A stretch of DNA of 64,000 bases from Candidatus Omnitrophota bacterium (lineage in GTDB: Bacteria; Omnitrophota; Gorgyraeia; B26-G9; JBDRCZ01), in the NCBI GenBank assembly GCA_043821285.1, contig JBDRCZ010000019.1, forward strand, positions 2,234 to 66,233, given 5' to 3'. The stretch's first letter is position 1; every line of letters begins with the position of its first letter. Of the stretch, positions 10,215 to 21,272 are shown piece after piece. The notes under the pieces are model-generated. The model searched no databases and was not told the DNA's origin. It worked only from the letters and a program-made list of their open reading frames with translations. The position numbers and the translations under genes were made by a program.

Positions 10215-11546
10215 CTACCCTCTATCTTGCTGCCGGGAATAATCAAGTTTAAAAAAACACAATCTTTTTAAACTTACGGTCAGCGCAACTAATATAAAGG
10301 GTAAAAACTGATATGACCGTGTGAGAAATAAGGCAATAATCATAACCCCTACCAGGCTAGCAAATAATGACGCTGCCCAGGGGGAGAGATTTTTTAGCGC
10401 TTCATTCTTTTTCTGTAATCCCTCAATAAATAAAAGATCAGAGAATGTCTTTAAAAAAATCAAAACGTACAGGATAAATCCCACAACACCGGTCTCAGCA
10501 ATTATCAGAATAAACGAATTATGCGCAGTCAATTTTCTTGTAAGATTTGCCTCTGGTGAAATATACTCCAGGACATTGTCCTCGAACTGGGCAATTCCCA
10601 CTCCCCGGTACGGATGTTCTTTTGCCATGGCAATTCCTGCCTTCCAAAGCTCAATTCTCAATTGTGCTGACCGGTCTAACTGAGAAGTATCTGTTGCCCG
10701 CATCGTCATCATGCGTTCCCTGAATTCTGAACTGCAAAATAAAAGACCAAACAATAATAATAAAACTATAGGCCCGGTAATTATTTTTTTCCGGCTTTTT
10801 ATTACCAGCATCATTAAAACGGCCCCTAATCCCAAAAATCCAGATCTGGAATATGTCAAATATACTGCCCAGATATGTAATAAAAATGCACTAATAAAAA
10901 TTAACTTATAAACAATTTTCTGTGTGCTGGCAGCAAAATTCAAAATAAACGGCAAAGACAAAACGAATACCATGGCTAAATTATTAGGATCGCTTAAACT
11001 GCCATAATATAATATTCGATCTAGCCCATCTTCATATTCGACATTCCCGCCAGAAATATGATATTGAAATATACCATATATTGCCAGATATGTCGTCAAC
11101 GTAACCAGCATCAAAATATAACCGGTAAACTGTTTTTCTGTTTTTATCAGACTAATCACTAAAAAATACATTATAACTACCGGCAAAAAAAATACGGAAA
11201 AATTACGATATGACTCTATAAAAACCGCGCCGCTGAAAACCAAGGCGATCGCGAACAATATAAACAATAGATTTTGTCCTTCCCGCGGGGCCTTTATTTT
11301 TTGCCTAAGATCCGGGTGTAAAACTGAAGATAAAATGAGAAAGAACGCAAAAAATTTAGCTAAAGGAAATGTCTCCAGCCCCGGGAACATCTCTAATTCT
11401 TGCGGTTGTACAATCAAAAGGAACAAGAAAAAAAGTAAACCATAAAATGGACGTCTTAAAGTTAAAATTATAATAATAATTGCAACAAAAAATGCAAACA
11501 TTCCCCGGAGAGAAAACACAAATGCTAAATCCATATCTATCCTCAA
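10215..11546 (-). CDS. O-antigen ligase/Wzy polymerase family protein
   Basis: Multi-TM; DPNNLA, TYSRSG, GVG and AHNSF motifs. Confidence 0.85.
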   Translation of the reverse strand: MRIDMDLAFVFSLRGMFAFFVAIIIIILTLRRPFYGLLFFLFLLIVQPQELEMFPGLETFPLAKFFAFFLILSSVLHPDLRQKIKAPREGQNLLFILFAIALVFSGAVFIESYRNFSVFFLPVVIMYFLVISLIKTEKQFTGYILMLVTLTTYLAIYGIFQYHISGGNVEYEDGLDRILYYGSLSDPNNLAMVFVLSLPFILNFAASTQKIVYKLIFISAFLLHIWAVYLTYSRSGFLGLGAVLMMLVIKSRKKIITGPIVLLLLFGLLFCSSEFRERMMTMRATDTSQLDRSAQLRIELWKAGIAMAKEHPYRGVGIAQFEDNVLEYISPEANLTRKLTAHNSFILIIAETGVVGFILYVLIFLKTFSDLLFIEGLQKKNEALKNLSPWAASLFASLVGVMIIALFLTRSYQFLPFILVALTVSLKRLCFFKLDYSRQQDRG

Positions 11547-11552
11547 TTATCC

Positions 11553-13052
11553 TTATCTTACTGCCTTTTTTTGATTATTAATACCTCGATATACCCACCT
11601 GGCAAAAATTGTATTTTTAATTTCTTTCAATTTATTAATTTCTCCACTTTTATAGAAATGCACAAGCTGTAATGCCCAGGGAAAAAGAGCAACCAGCAAC
11701 AGTTTTATTGCCATGCCAAGAATAGAGAAATCCGGGACAAACAGCCGGCAAATAAGATACCACAATACCGCCAAAACAGTTAATTTGACAATGCGCCCAT
11801 ACTCATAATCAATCGGGTAATATCTCTGGGAAACCTTCAAGGTTATCAAAACTAATACAAGATATGAGAGAAAATTTACCAAAGCTGCCCCGTGCATATT
11901 AAAAACAGGAACGAGCAGCCAATTAAGCAGCAGGTGTAAGACTGCCACACATACCAAAATAATGGCAATACTGTTTGTTTTCTTTTGCAGGTATATCCCA
12001 ATCTGACAGATAAAAAACACGCCGTAACAGATCGTGCCTGATAAAATGAACGGGACAATCTTATAAGCGCTAAAAAATGCCGGCGTTGTCATTAAGGCAA
12101 TTACTTCTTTGATAAAAACCGCGAGAATTAAACCGCTAAATACAAGGACAAAACAAAAATAAGTCAGTACCCGGGCATAAATGTCTCTGGCATTGTCTTT
12201 TTTCATTATGGAAAATCTGTATGGCCCGTAGCCGGCCATAAACGGCTGGATAATCAAAAAACGCAAAATTATCCCAAATCTAAATCCCAGCGAATAAATG
12301 CCGACCGTGGCTAAATCGGTGTAACGGTTCAAAAATATCCGGTCAACAGAATTGAGGACATACATCCCGCAGGAAACAATAATCAACGGCATCCCGTATT
12401 GCATAATACTGCGCAGTTTTTCCAGAGAAAAAGCAAACCGGCAATAATGAAAGGTAACGGCTGTTAAAAAAAGCCAGCTAAACGCGGTCGCCACCAGATT
12501 GCTGATAATAACACCGGTTATCCCCATTTTTAAATAAATCACTAAATATATTGTACAGGTTAGCGCAACAATCAGCCGGCCAACAGATACCCCGACAAAA
12601 AGCACTGATCGCTCTTTTGCCCGGATAAAAGCAAACGGTATCTCAATCGTTGTTTCCAAAAACATCAGCACAAAAACTAATTTAAAAAGTTTGGCATATT
12701 CCGGCGTATTAAAAAATAAATTTGAAAATTTGTCTGAGAATAAAGACAAAATAAACATTGCCACAAACACAAACAATAAACTCGCCAAAGATACTGTGCT
12801 AATCACCTGTTTTTTTTCTTTTTCATTATCATATTCAAAATAATAGCGCAGGGCCGCGGAACTAAGCCCCATCCCCAGAAATATCCCACACATCGTGGAA
12901 ACAATTGACAAAATTTCAATTACTCCATAATCACTAGGCAAAAGGCAACGCGTATACAAAGGAATAAGTAAAAAACCTACCGCGTTTCTCATAATATTAC
13001 CCACGCCATATATTATCGAATGTGTCAATAATTTTCTAAATTCCTTAAACAT
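11553..13052 (-). CDS. wzx: Wzx oligosaccharide flippase
   Basis: ~500 aa multi-TM; PLYTR..PSDYG, DRIFL and VGIYS motifs. Confidence 0.85.
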   Translation of the reverse strand: MFKEFRKLLTHSIIYGVGNIMRNAVGFLLIPLYTRCLLPSDYGVIEILSIVSTMCGIFLGMGLSSAALRYYFEYDNEKEKKQVISTVSLASLLFVFVAMFILSLFSDKFSNLFFNTPEYAKLFKLVFVLMFLETTIEIPFAFIRAKERSVLFVGVSVGRLIVALTCTIYLVIYLKMGITGVIISNLVATAFSWLFLTAVTFHYCRFAFSLEKLRSIMQYGMPLIIVSCGMYVLNSVDRIFLNRYTDLATVGIYSLGFRFGIILRFLIIQPFMAGYGPYRFSIMKKDNARDIYARVLTYFCFVLVFSGLILAVFIKEVIALMTTPAFFSAYKIVPFILSGTICYGVFFICQIGIYLQKKTNSIAIILVCVAVLHLLLNWLLVPVFNMHGAALVNFLSYLVLVLITLKVSQRYYPIDYEYGRIVKLTVLAVLWYLICRLFVPDFSILGMAIKLLLVALFPWALQLVHFYKSGEINKLKEIKNTIFARWVYRGINNQKKAVR

Positions 13053-13088
13053 CCAGCACCACCGGTCGGGTCAGTTATAAACATGTTC

Positions 13089-14123
13089 CTACTTGCCAAT
13101 AAATTGCGGGAAAATTACCCGTGATTTAAAAGACGGTAAATTATCATGCATAGAAATATGTATTCTATTCAATGCAAAAATATCCAGATTAGATATCTTG
13201 TTTAAATCTCCCATGTTTGTAACGGCAAAATCATATCCAATATCTCTTAGCATGTTTTTTATTTCTTTATTAAAAGACCTTTCATCGCCATTGGGATAAG
13301 AAAAAACATTAATTTTCTTATTAATCTTTTCTTCAATCATATCTTTTGACATAGACATTTCGTAATGAAGTTCCGAATAATCAGCGGTCTTGGTCAAAAT
13401 TTTATGGTTCACCGTATGCGCCCCAAATTCAATCCGGCTATTTTGCAGCATCTCAGTTATCTCCTGCCATGTTACAAAAAGATCCTTTTCTAAATTTTTA
13501 TCTATTACAACTCTTAATTCTTCTTCTGTTTCCTTTACCGCCTTCTTCAACTCTACGTCACTCATGCCTTTTGCGGCTTTAGTAAAATCCTGAATTAGTA
13601 GCTTCTTTGCCTGAAGGTTTTTTAAATTATAAATCTGATCACCTAAACATTTAACTTTTATTTGTTCTTTCTGTGTCTTTTTTATGATATAACTAATCTT
13701 ATCCCACCACGGCAGTTCATCTTTGCCAATATACCCTGTCGTCAAAAAAACTGTCGCCGGTAAATTAAGCTTTCTCAAAATAGGATAGATAACTTCAAAA
13801 ATATCTTTATATCCATCATCAAAAGTTATGATTAAAGGATTCTTGATTTTTTCACCATCTCTATTAAGCATCTGCCTTAATCCCGCAAAAGATATGACAG
13901 AAAAATTATCTTTTATAAAATTCATCTGTCTCTCAAAATTATAACTATCCGCATCAATCAGCCGTTCATCTAAAAAAAACTTGTCTTTTTGTATGTCTAA
14001 CACTCGATGGTATGACAAAATGCGCAGCGTGTTATTATTCATCATTTTTTGTGCCATCAAAAAAACATGGTTATACCCTGAATATTTCAAAATTTTTGCA
14101 AAAAAATCTCTTTTTCTTAACAT
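13089..14123 (-). CDS. Polysaccharide deacetylase (IcaB/PgaB-like)
   Basis: LSYHRV, ITFDDGY, GAHTVNH and FSYPNG motifs. Confidence 0.9.
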   Translation of the reverse strand: MLRKRDFFAKILKYSGYNHVFLMAQKMMNNNTLRILSYHRVLDIQKDKFFLDERLIDADSYNFERQMNFIKDNFSVISFAGLRQMLNRDGEKIKNPLIITFDDGYKDIFEVIYPILRKLNLPATVFLTTGYIGKDELPWWDKISYIIKKTQKEQIKVKCLGDQIYNLKNLQAKKLLIQDFTKAAKGMSDVELKKAVKETEEELRVVIDKNLEKDLFVTWQEITEMLQNSRIEFGAHTVNHKILTKTADYSELHYEMSMSKDMIEEKINKKINVFSYPNGDERSFNKEIKNMLRDIGYDFAVTNMGDLNKISNLDIFALNRIHISMHDNLPSFKSRVIFPQFIGK

Positions 14124-14171
14124 AAAAAACTCCCGTGTCCACTTTTAAAATAAACAACCAGCTCCTTCTCC

Positions 14172-15347
14172 CTAAGGAAGATAATCCCATATCTTATTCG
14201 TCAACACACAACACTTGGCACATTTTGGAAACAGTTTTTCTCTTTTTAAGATTTTTCTAAAATTTCTGTATTTTGTACTATTCCATATTTTACTAAAAGC
14301 AAGTTCATTAACATTTCCCATCAAAGTATCTATTGAGCAAGGATAAACATTGCCAAAAGGATCAATCCGGCTGGAATACCAGGGATAGAAACATTTTGAC
14401 ACATAAGCATATGAATGATTTGTAAAATATTTCTCCAGCTCATCATTTTTTTCTAAAGCCGGATTAAAAGTGACGTTTATATTATTTTGACGCGCTTTCT
14501 CTTTGCATTCTTTTATCTGTCGGCGCAAAATTTCCGTGTCAACCTTTGTTATATTATCTGATAAAATCTGACTCTCCGGCTTTAAGTGCCCAACCGCGAC
14601 CAATTGATTGGTTTTACTCACCTGTTCTTCATCCGTAAAAAAGACGTATAGAAAATCTAAAAAATGAATATCCAATTTTACCGCCACGTCCACCATTTGA
14701 GAGAGATAATTCTGATTAAGCGCTGAAATCACACAGTTTGCCCATATCTTGGGATATTTACGGCTGTATTTATTTTTTTGTTCATTAATATTTGCGATAC
14801 CTTCGCAAATTTTTGCAAAAGACCTATCCCACCCTCTTATTTCATTATGTACTTCCTCCGGACCATCAATAGAAAAAACCAGCATATCTACCTCAGCTTT
14901 AATCAGCTGCTCGGCAATATCTCTGGTGATCAGCGAACCATTATTTGTTATGCTGCAATAAACTCCTCTTTCTTTGACATATTTAATGATTTCCATAATA
15001 TCTTTTCTCAGGAAAGGTTCTCCGCCGGTTAATGAAACCTTTTTTACTCCCATTTTGCTTAAATCATCAATTATTTTTATTATTTGACTGGTGGTAAGTT
15101 CTTTTTGTCCGGCCCCATACACATCTAATTGCGTACCCGTATCTTTTATTTGATTTTGCCTTTTCCAATTCTCCAGGGGGCACATTTGACACCTTAGATT
15201 ACATAAGTAAGTCAATTCCATATCAACACGCTGGGGGGGGAATGCAAAACCCAATAAAAATCTATAAGGCACCCAGTAATAAGGAATGTCGGCGATTTCT
15301 CTTGTCAGCCCGAATTTTCTTGCTGCCTTTTTAATTATTTTTTTCAT
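14172..15347 (-). CDS. Radical SAM protein with SPASM/Twitch domain
   Basis: CNLRCQMC, TGGEP and C-terminal C..G.VYPC..CAKC; GGAGG SD before MKKIIKK. Confidence 0.9.
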   Translation of the reverse strand: MKKIIKKAARKFGLTREIADIPYYWVPYRFLLGFAFPPQRVDMELTYLCNLRCQMCPLENWKRQNQIKDTGTQLDVYGAGQKELTTSQIIKIIDDLSKMGVKKVSLTGGEPFLRKDIMEIIKYVKERGVYCSITNNGSLITRDIAEQLIKAEVDMLVFSIDGPEEVHNEIRGWDRSFAKICEGIANINEQKNKYSRKYPKIWANCVISALNQNYLSQMVDVAVKLDIHFLDFLYVFFTDEEQVSKTNQLVAVGHLKPESQILSDNITKVDTEILRRQIKECKEKARQNNINVTFNPALEKNDELEKYFTNHSYAYVSKCFYPWYSSRIDPFGNVYPCSIDTLMGNVNELAFSKIWNSTKYRNFRKILKREKLFPKCAKCCVLTNKIWDYLP

Positions 15348-16395
15348 CGCTGCCCTCCGATAAAATCTTCGTTCTTTTTTCACAAAAAGGGGTGTCTCCC
15401 TTTTCAACATAGTAATTTAATAATTTATTCCAATAATGTTTCTTTCTGATGCCTAAAATCTCTTCATCTACTTGTTGTGCAGCATTTTTGATTAAAAACA
15501 ATGGCAAAAATGCCTTTAGCATTTTAGGCTCAATTCTCATTATCCTGGCATATTTATCAAAAAAACCGTTTACGAGTTTTGAAACCCAGTTTTCCTTAAA
15601 AAAAATAAAATCAAAAGACTTTAGAATATTATCCTCTGTTGTCTGATTATCATTTGCCAGCCTAAAACTGCAAAAAAACATAAACAAATCCCAAAACGCC
15701 AAATCGTTTTTTTGCATATCCGCCCAATCCAGAACACTAATACTACCATCAGAATAGACATGAATATTCTCTGAAAAAAAATCTCCATGGCTGCAACAGA
15801 TCGGAATCTTTTCATTAACCAATCCTAATAAATTTTCTCTGACGTTAAGTAAAAAATGCTCCAGCCAAGGAGTAACTACAACCTTTTTCGAATACTGCTC
15901 AATTATAAAAAAATATTCCTTTTGTATATATTCCTTGGTAAGTTCTACCTCATCTAGTTTAGTCTCTTGTTGAAATCGGCATAACCACTCCACACAACGG
16001 TCGATATCTTTTTTTAACTCATTTCGCCCAAATATATTAGTCTTATTTATCTCTACTGACATTTTACGTCCGCTAACAAAACGTAATATTAAAACCGTAT
16101 TTATATCAATCTTAATACACCCTAGCGGCAAAGGGATACAATTTTTTAAATGCTCAGTTGTTATTATCTCCCGCACATATTTAATATTACAAAATTCCTG
16201 CTCCAGAATACGTGTCTGTCCGGCATCCTGACTCCATTTAGCAAACGCACACGGTTTCTTCCCGTCAAAAACCCAAATGAGTGAACGTATCCATTTATTG
16301 TTGTTTATAAAAAAGGAAAGACGGTCCGGTCTTGGGCGATCATAAAACATTTTATCCCAGTTGGCTAATATGTATTCCTCAAGCTGAGTTACCAT
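15331..16395 (-). CDS. Aminoglycoside phosphotransferase/kinase-like protein
   Basis: HGDFFSENI and LDWAD motifs; AGGAG SD before MVTQ. Confidence 0.8.
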   Translation of the reverse strand: MVTQLEEYILANWDKMFYDRPRPDRLSFFINNNKWIRSLIWVFDGKKPCAFAKWSQDAGQTRILEQEFCNIKYVREIITTEHLKNCIPLPLGCIKIDINTVLILRFVSGRKMSVEINKTNIFGRNELKKDIDRCVEWLCRFQQETKLDEVELTKEYIQKEYFFIIEQYSKKVVVTPWLEHFLLNVRENLLGLVNEKIPICCSHGDFFSENIHVYSDGSISVLDWADMQKNDLAFWDLFMFFCSFRLANDNQTTEDNILKSFDFIFFKENWVSKLVNGFFDKYARIMRIEPKMLKAFLPLFLIKNAAQQVDEEILGIRKKHYWNKLLNYYVEKGDTPFCEKRTKILSEGSDEKNN

Positions 16396-16903
16396 TTTTT
16401 TCTCCTTTTCTAGCCACAATACTCAAATCAGGTAAAAATTGCCTGATGAGATAAAAACCGATTCTCATCCTAAACAAAAATTTAAGCATTCTAATCTTTC
16501 TCGAATCGTCACTCTGAACATTTAAATAAAAATGAAACGGTAAAAAGTCATCTAAAGATACAATGTATCTTGGCTCCTTATTGTTTGGCAAACATCCATA
16601 AATATCTATCGTAACAAATCCTGCTTGTTCAAGTATTTTTTTGTATGCCGCAAACGATAGACCTTTACGATTCTTACTATCAATCAGTAAATATCCGCCA
16701 AATTTTAATAGCCGGCTTGCGTTATTGATTAAGGTCTGAAGATTTAAATTGGAAAAATTTTTCTGTTCTCTATTTAAGATAACGATATCGTATCTAAAAT
16801 TTTGATCAAACTTATCATTCGAATCTAACCTTAAGATAGCTGATTTGCTAGCTATCGGCAAAAGCCACTGCAATTTTCTCTCAATTAAGGATAAACGTAT
16901 CAT
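16379..16903 (-). CDS. Hypothetical protein, C-terminal methyltransferase-like fragment
   Basis: YDIVIL..RLLKFGGYL..LEQAGF; no glycine-rich motif I; overlaps both neighbours. Confidence 0.5.
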   Translation of the reverse strand: MIRLSLIERKLQWLLPIASKSAILRLDSNDKFDQNFRYDIVILNREQKNFSNLNLQTLINNASRLLKFGGYLLIDSKNRKGLSFAAYKKILEQAGFVTIDIYGCLPNNKEPRYIVSLDDFLPFHFYLNVQSDDSRKIRMLKFLFRMRIGFYLIRQFLPDLSIVARKGEKNGNSA

Positions 16904-18042
16904 CTTATCTGCCCTCCAGACTTCAAAAACCCCCTAACGCTAACGCTGATATTTCTTAATTGATTTAAAAAGTAATAAATGTTTTCTTTATATGTCCATC
17001 TTCTCCTGATTCTGATTGCATAGATTTTTTTATCGGTTGCCGCCCATGCTGTTTTATGGCGCCCTTCGCCCTTAAGAAAATCATATTTTGCAATGCCTTT
17101 ATTTATATAATGCTCAATACACAACGCCCGCAAGATATTTCCTACAGCAATGTTGCCGTTAAAATCCATGTCAAAACCTGATTGATAAAAATATACATTG
17201 TTTTTATAAATAAAATCGTAAGATACCGCCAGAATATTACCATTAAATTCTAAATAACACAGCCGCAACCTATCCCGCTCAAATAATATCTTTATCATTT
17301 TCCTGTGAAAATCCGTAAATTTACTGCTGGCAAAACAACCCTTTTGTCCGGCAGAAAACCATCTTTTTTGATGCAGGGCAATAAGCTTATCAAATATGCA
17401 GCTTAGCTCCTCATATTTTTTCACCTCTTTAAAACTAACCTGTCCTCTTTGTTCTAATTTTTTTCTGTCGCGGTTAATTTTATATCTAAAATTCGAACTT
17501 AATCTTTTCAGCATCTTCCCCCATGAATCAGGCAAATCTATGTAATAGGCACTACCGTCAGGAGCTACCGAATAGCACAGTTTACTGCTTTTGAGTCTAT
17601 CTAAAAGTATCGCCGTGCTTATGTTTTCATCTGATAACTCTTTTAGTACGATCTCCTCCCAGAACTTATTTTCGCTGATATAGTTAATCAGCTTATCGAT
17701 AACTTCGCTTTCTCTGTTTTTTTTAGCGATAATATTCAGATACTCCGAACATATTTCATCCTGCTCATCTTCGCCGCTGGCCAAAAATTCTATTCTTTCA
17801 TATGGCAGCATATTAAAATGTCTTACCTTTCTGCGCAAAAAAGGGGCAATGCCAACAAGTTCCTTTTTATCCCAGAAAGTCAAAATTTCAAGCCCTCTCC
17901 CATCCTGAAAAACTTCCCACCATAAATTAATCCACTCCCAGGTCAAAAAAATAGTATTACTTTGGCTATTTTCAAGCAGTAAATCCCAATTCTGTTTTAT
18001 TTGCTCTAAGCCTTTTATGTTATTAATCACTTTTATCTTCAT
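16900..18042 (-). CDS. GNAT family CelD/BcsL-like acyltransferase
   Basis: IFLTWEWINLWW, LVGIAP, YQSGFD and YDFLKG motifs. Confidence 0.85.
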   Translation of the reverse strand: MKIKVINNIKGLEQIKQNWDLLLENSQSNTIFLTWEWINLWWEVFQDGRGLEILTFWDKKELVGIAPFLRRKVRHFNMLPYERIEFLASGEDEQDEICSEYLNIIAKKNRESEVIDKLINYISENKFWEEIVLKELSDENISTAILLDRLKSSKLCYSVAPDGSAYYIDLPDSWGKMLKRLSSNFRYKINRDRKKLEQRGQVSFKEVKKYEELSCIFDKLIALHQKRWFSAGQKGCFASSKFTDFHRKMIKILFERDRLRLCYLEFNGNILAVSYDFIYKNNVYFYQSGFDMDFNGNIAVGNILRALCIEHYINKGIAKYDFLKGEGRHKTAWAATDKKIYAIRIRRRWTYKENIYYFLNQLRNISVSVRGFLKSGGQIR

Positions 18043-19154
18043 TAGTTACAACTCTGCCTGCCCCAGACCGTTCCTTCCATAAGCAACCGTGCGGTTCTGC
18101 TGATTAATGCGCTTATTAAAGTAAATTTATCATTATCCATTGTGTAATTAATCTTTGTTTCAATAATACCTGAAGGGTGAACTATGGTAATATTTTCTAA
18201 CGGCTTCTTTATCTCTATATTGAACGCGTCAGCCACGGTGCCGTTGAGGCAAAGTAAACATCCGGTATTTATCGCTCCGGTAATTGCATATGCTTTATGG
18301 ATACGGCCATTGCTGAATATCCTTGCCTGGATATCTGCATTTTGATTATCCGCTTCACTAATTATAGAAATTTTTGGTATTATTGTCTTGTGGAATCTAC
18401 GGCTTAACATTTCTGTAACTCTATTTTTTAATTTATTCAATTTACTCATAAATTCTATATTTTTTTCCAAATCTTGCGGGACATCCCCCCCATCAATACC
18501 TAAATCTTCTGCCTTTACAAAAGCATAAACATTTCCCGCATCTATTATTGTCGCCCGGAAATGGTGTTTACCACAGGTAAGATCTTCACTTACTTTTCCG
18601 GTAGGAAACAATTTACCCGTAATCATTCCGCCCGGCTGCATAAATTCCAACCTAATTTCCGGCCCGGTACCCGGCACGCCATCAATGTGAAAACTACCAT
18701 CTGTCGCAGGCAGTCCATTTGATAAAGGCACTGTCGAAATAATAAATTTATTTGTATTTGTGTTTAACATTCTAACTACTGCTGATTTTCCCGAAACACT
18801 CACATATTTGTGATAAACTGCATATATGGCCGCTCCGGCAGCAAGATTACCGCACATTGCGTTATAGTCAATTGTATTATCCTCTATAGCCACCTGTCCA
18901 AATGTGTATTCAATATCCACATCATCTCTTGGTGAAAGGCTGATAATTGCGAGTTTACTTGTTAAAGGGTCCGCTCCACCTAACCCGTCTATTTGCCGCG
19001 GATCCGGACTGCCAAAAACAGATAAGATAATCTTATTTCTTTCCTGTGCATTTTCCGGGAGGTCTTGTTTAAGGATAAAGATACCTTTACTTGTACCACC
19101 CCTGATGATAGAACAGGGTATTTTTTTATCTTCATAACTTACCTGCTTTAACAT
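18042..19154 (-). CDS. PrpF-family isomerase (2-methylaconitate isomerase-like)
   Basis: RGGTSKG, QIDGLGGA..TSK, CGN, HPSG and RTARLLMEG motifs. Confidence 0.9.
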   Translation of the reverse strand: MLKQVSYEDKKIPCSIIRGGTSKGIFILKQDLPENAQERNKIILSVFGSPDPRQIDGLGGADPLTSKLAIISLSPRDDVDIEYTFGQVAIEDNTIDYNAMCGNLAAGAAIYAVYHKYVSVSGKSAVVRMLNTNTNKFIISTVPLSNGLPATDGSFHIDGVPGTGPEIRLEFMQPGGMITGKLFPTGKVSEDLTCGKHHFRATIIDAGNVYAFVKAEDLGIDGGDVPQDLEKNIEFMSKLNKLKNRVTEMLSRRFHKTIIPKISIISEADNQNADIQARIFSNGRIHKAYAITGAINTGCLLCLNGTVADAFNIEIKKPLENITIVHPSGIIETKINYTMDNDKFTLISALISRTARLLMEGTVWGRQSCN

Positions 19155-20458
19155 TGTTTTCTCCGTAACATAAGTTTCAATAAAAAATTTAGTCTATTTA
19201 AAATTGCCAACTTCATTTTCAAATACCACAACTTAATAAAAGGGGTTAAGTCATCAAAAGACAAAACCGCGAAAGTTTTCTTTCCGGCGAATATCTTTAA
19301 CCAATTACCTAATGTCAACTTTCTCTTTTTTATCAAATGCCGTGCCATATCAAACTCTTTATCCAGGTATATCCAGGTAACGTTTTCTTTAAATAACGGC
19401 ATTTTAGTTTTACGATCATAAGCCCCCAGCATATCTAAATAACAAATATATGGGAGATTTACACCCGCAGCAGAAGCAAGTCCGACAGTCTGTACTGGTC
19501 TAGCATTTATTTCAATCAGTTTATACCTATTATCTATAGCATCTAATTTGAATTCGACACCAGCAATACCTTTATAATGCAATGACCTAAGCAGGCGATT
19601 AGCCAATTCTTTAACCACAGGTATATTCTCACTTTTAGTTAAACAACAATATCCAAAACCCATTGGATATTGTCTTAGTTTTTTTCTTATACAATATGCT
19701 AATAATTCGGACGTTCGGTTATAATAACATAAAAATGTTATATTACGCTCTACTTCCCCCTGAATTACATTCTGAACCATAATATTACGGTCAAGTTTTG
19801 ATATTTCTTTATATCGCTTGATTAATTCATCCCTGTCTTTAACCATAACGGCCTTACCCCATTTCAGTTCTGTCTCGATCAAAGGCTTCCGCCAAGAATG
19901 TGCAATAATCGGTTTTATTACCGATGGATAATCAATATTTTTCCCCAGATCAATAACATCTGCATAATGTTGCGGAAAAAAGGTCTCGGGGATATCGACT
20001 TGCGCCAAAACAGCAATTTCGTATTGCCTTTTTTTATTTAAAATATTACTGATAACCTCTCTTTCCGGCAAAGGAATTTCATAAAATTTCCTTAAGACCT
20101 CCTGATACTTATTAATAAACCCTAAACATTCATCACTCGCAGGAAACATCACGCCTTTTTTTTTACACCTCTTTCCATAATTGATGATGAATGATAATAA
20201 CTCTTCCTCTTTATCCAGATTGGGACATTCCATGTGCATACAATACCTGGAAGATAACCCAAAGTCTAACTTATTTGGATGAAACCTAATAACCGGGACA
20301 CCTTCCCTGCCCAAATCACGTGATAGGCTTAAAGCGATAATATTAATCTCCGGATACTTTGGATTAGACCGCGGATCGTGCGAGAGTATAAAAACCGGCG
20401 ATTTATTTGCACTATTTAACAAATCATATTTATTATTTATCGTAGCCGTTTTTTTCAT
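19148..20458 (-). CDS. ATP-grasp carboxylate-amine ligase (D-aspartate ligase-like)
   Basis: RDLGREGV, YPSVIKP, KLRQYP and VEFK.D..YKLIEINAR motifs. Confidence 0.85.
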   Translation of the reverse strand: MKKTATINNKYDLLNSANKSPVFILSHDPRSNPKYPEINIIALSLSRDLGREGVPVIRFHPNKLDFGLSSRYCMHMECPNLDKEEELLSFIINYGKRCKKKGVMFPASDECLGFINKYQEVLRKFYEIPLPEREVISNILNKKRQYEIAVLAQVDIPETFFPQHYADVIDLGKNIDYPSVIKPIIAHSWRKPLIETELKWGKAVMVKDRDELIKRYKEISKLDRNIMVQNVIQGEVERNITFLCYYNRTSELLAYCIRKKLRQYPMGFGYCCLTKSENIPVVKELANRLLRSLHYKGIAGVEFKLDAIDNRYKLIEINARPVQTVGLASAAGVNLPYICYLDMLGAYDRKTKMPLFKENVTWIYLDKEFDMARHLIKKRKLTLGNWLKIFAGKKTFAVLSFDDLTPFIKLWYLKMKLAILNRLNFLLKLMLRRKQC

Positions 20459-20515
20459 ATCAGGTTGCTATTTTTAATCTTATTTTTTGTCTTTAAATTT
20501 ACGTAAAATTTTAAT

Positions 20516-21193
20516 TCAATAATCAAAATTCTTCATTAATCTTTCAGGATGAAAATTAAATATTTTAATTCCTAAGAATCTTAAATAAAAAATACACCCG
20601 ATTTTCCTGAATCCTATTTTTGTATATATCTTTTGTGAAACATGATTTGACGGAACAATGTGGCACATAATAAATGCTCTGCCTTGAGCCTTTAGCATTT
20701 TCATCGATTCATTTATCATATACAGTGCAATTTTTTTACCACGGTAATCCGGATGAATAAATGTATCATAAATAAACACTAAATTGGGGGGAACTGATAT
20801 ATTCATTAGGTACTCTTTAAAATATGTTTTGTGCAATGCTATTTTCAAAAAACCTATAATTTTATTATTATGCGTAACATTCAAAAAATAATGATTATTT
20901 TGCCGGGCAGTCCTTATCTCCTTTGTTTCTTCACAATAGAAAATCCCATTGTGTAAATTATCTTTTTCCCATTTTAATGTCTCTTCTATAGAGTGATAAT
21001 TAATATCTACAGTGATATTGGGAATTATCTCTACAGATGATTCTGATAACTTCCTGACATACCAGTAAGACGTATGCCATCCAAAAAGCACCTTCCTTGT
21101 TTTTTTAAATACTCTATATAACAAAACACCAAGTCCGCCGGTTTTGTAAGCACGTACTATCTTTTCTTTAATGTTTAGATCTTTATCGTTCAT
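20516..21193 (-). CDS. GNAT acetyltransferase
   Basis: HPDYRGKKIA and N..SQKIYTKIGF motifs. Confidence 0.8.
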   Translation of the reverse strand: MNDKDLNIKEKIVRAYKTGGLGVLLYRVFKKTRKVLFGWHTSYWYVRKLSESSVEIIPNITVDINYHSIEETLKWEKDNLHNGIFYCEETKEIRTARQNNHYFLNVTHNNKIIGFLKIALHKTYFKEYLMNISVPPNLVFIYDTFIHPDYRGKKIALYMINESMKMLKAQGRAFIMCHIVPSNHVSQKIYTKIGFRKIGCIFYLRFLGIKIFNFHPERLMKNFDY

Positions 21194-21272
21194 TTATATA
21201 TATACCATAATCGTCACTTGCGTTGACTTAAAATATCATTCATCTGTGCTGTTCTAATTTCAATCTGTTTTG

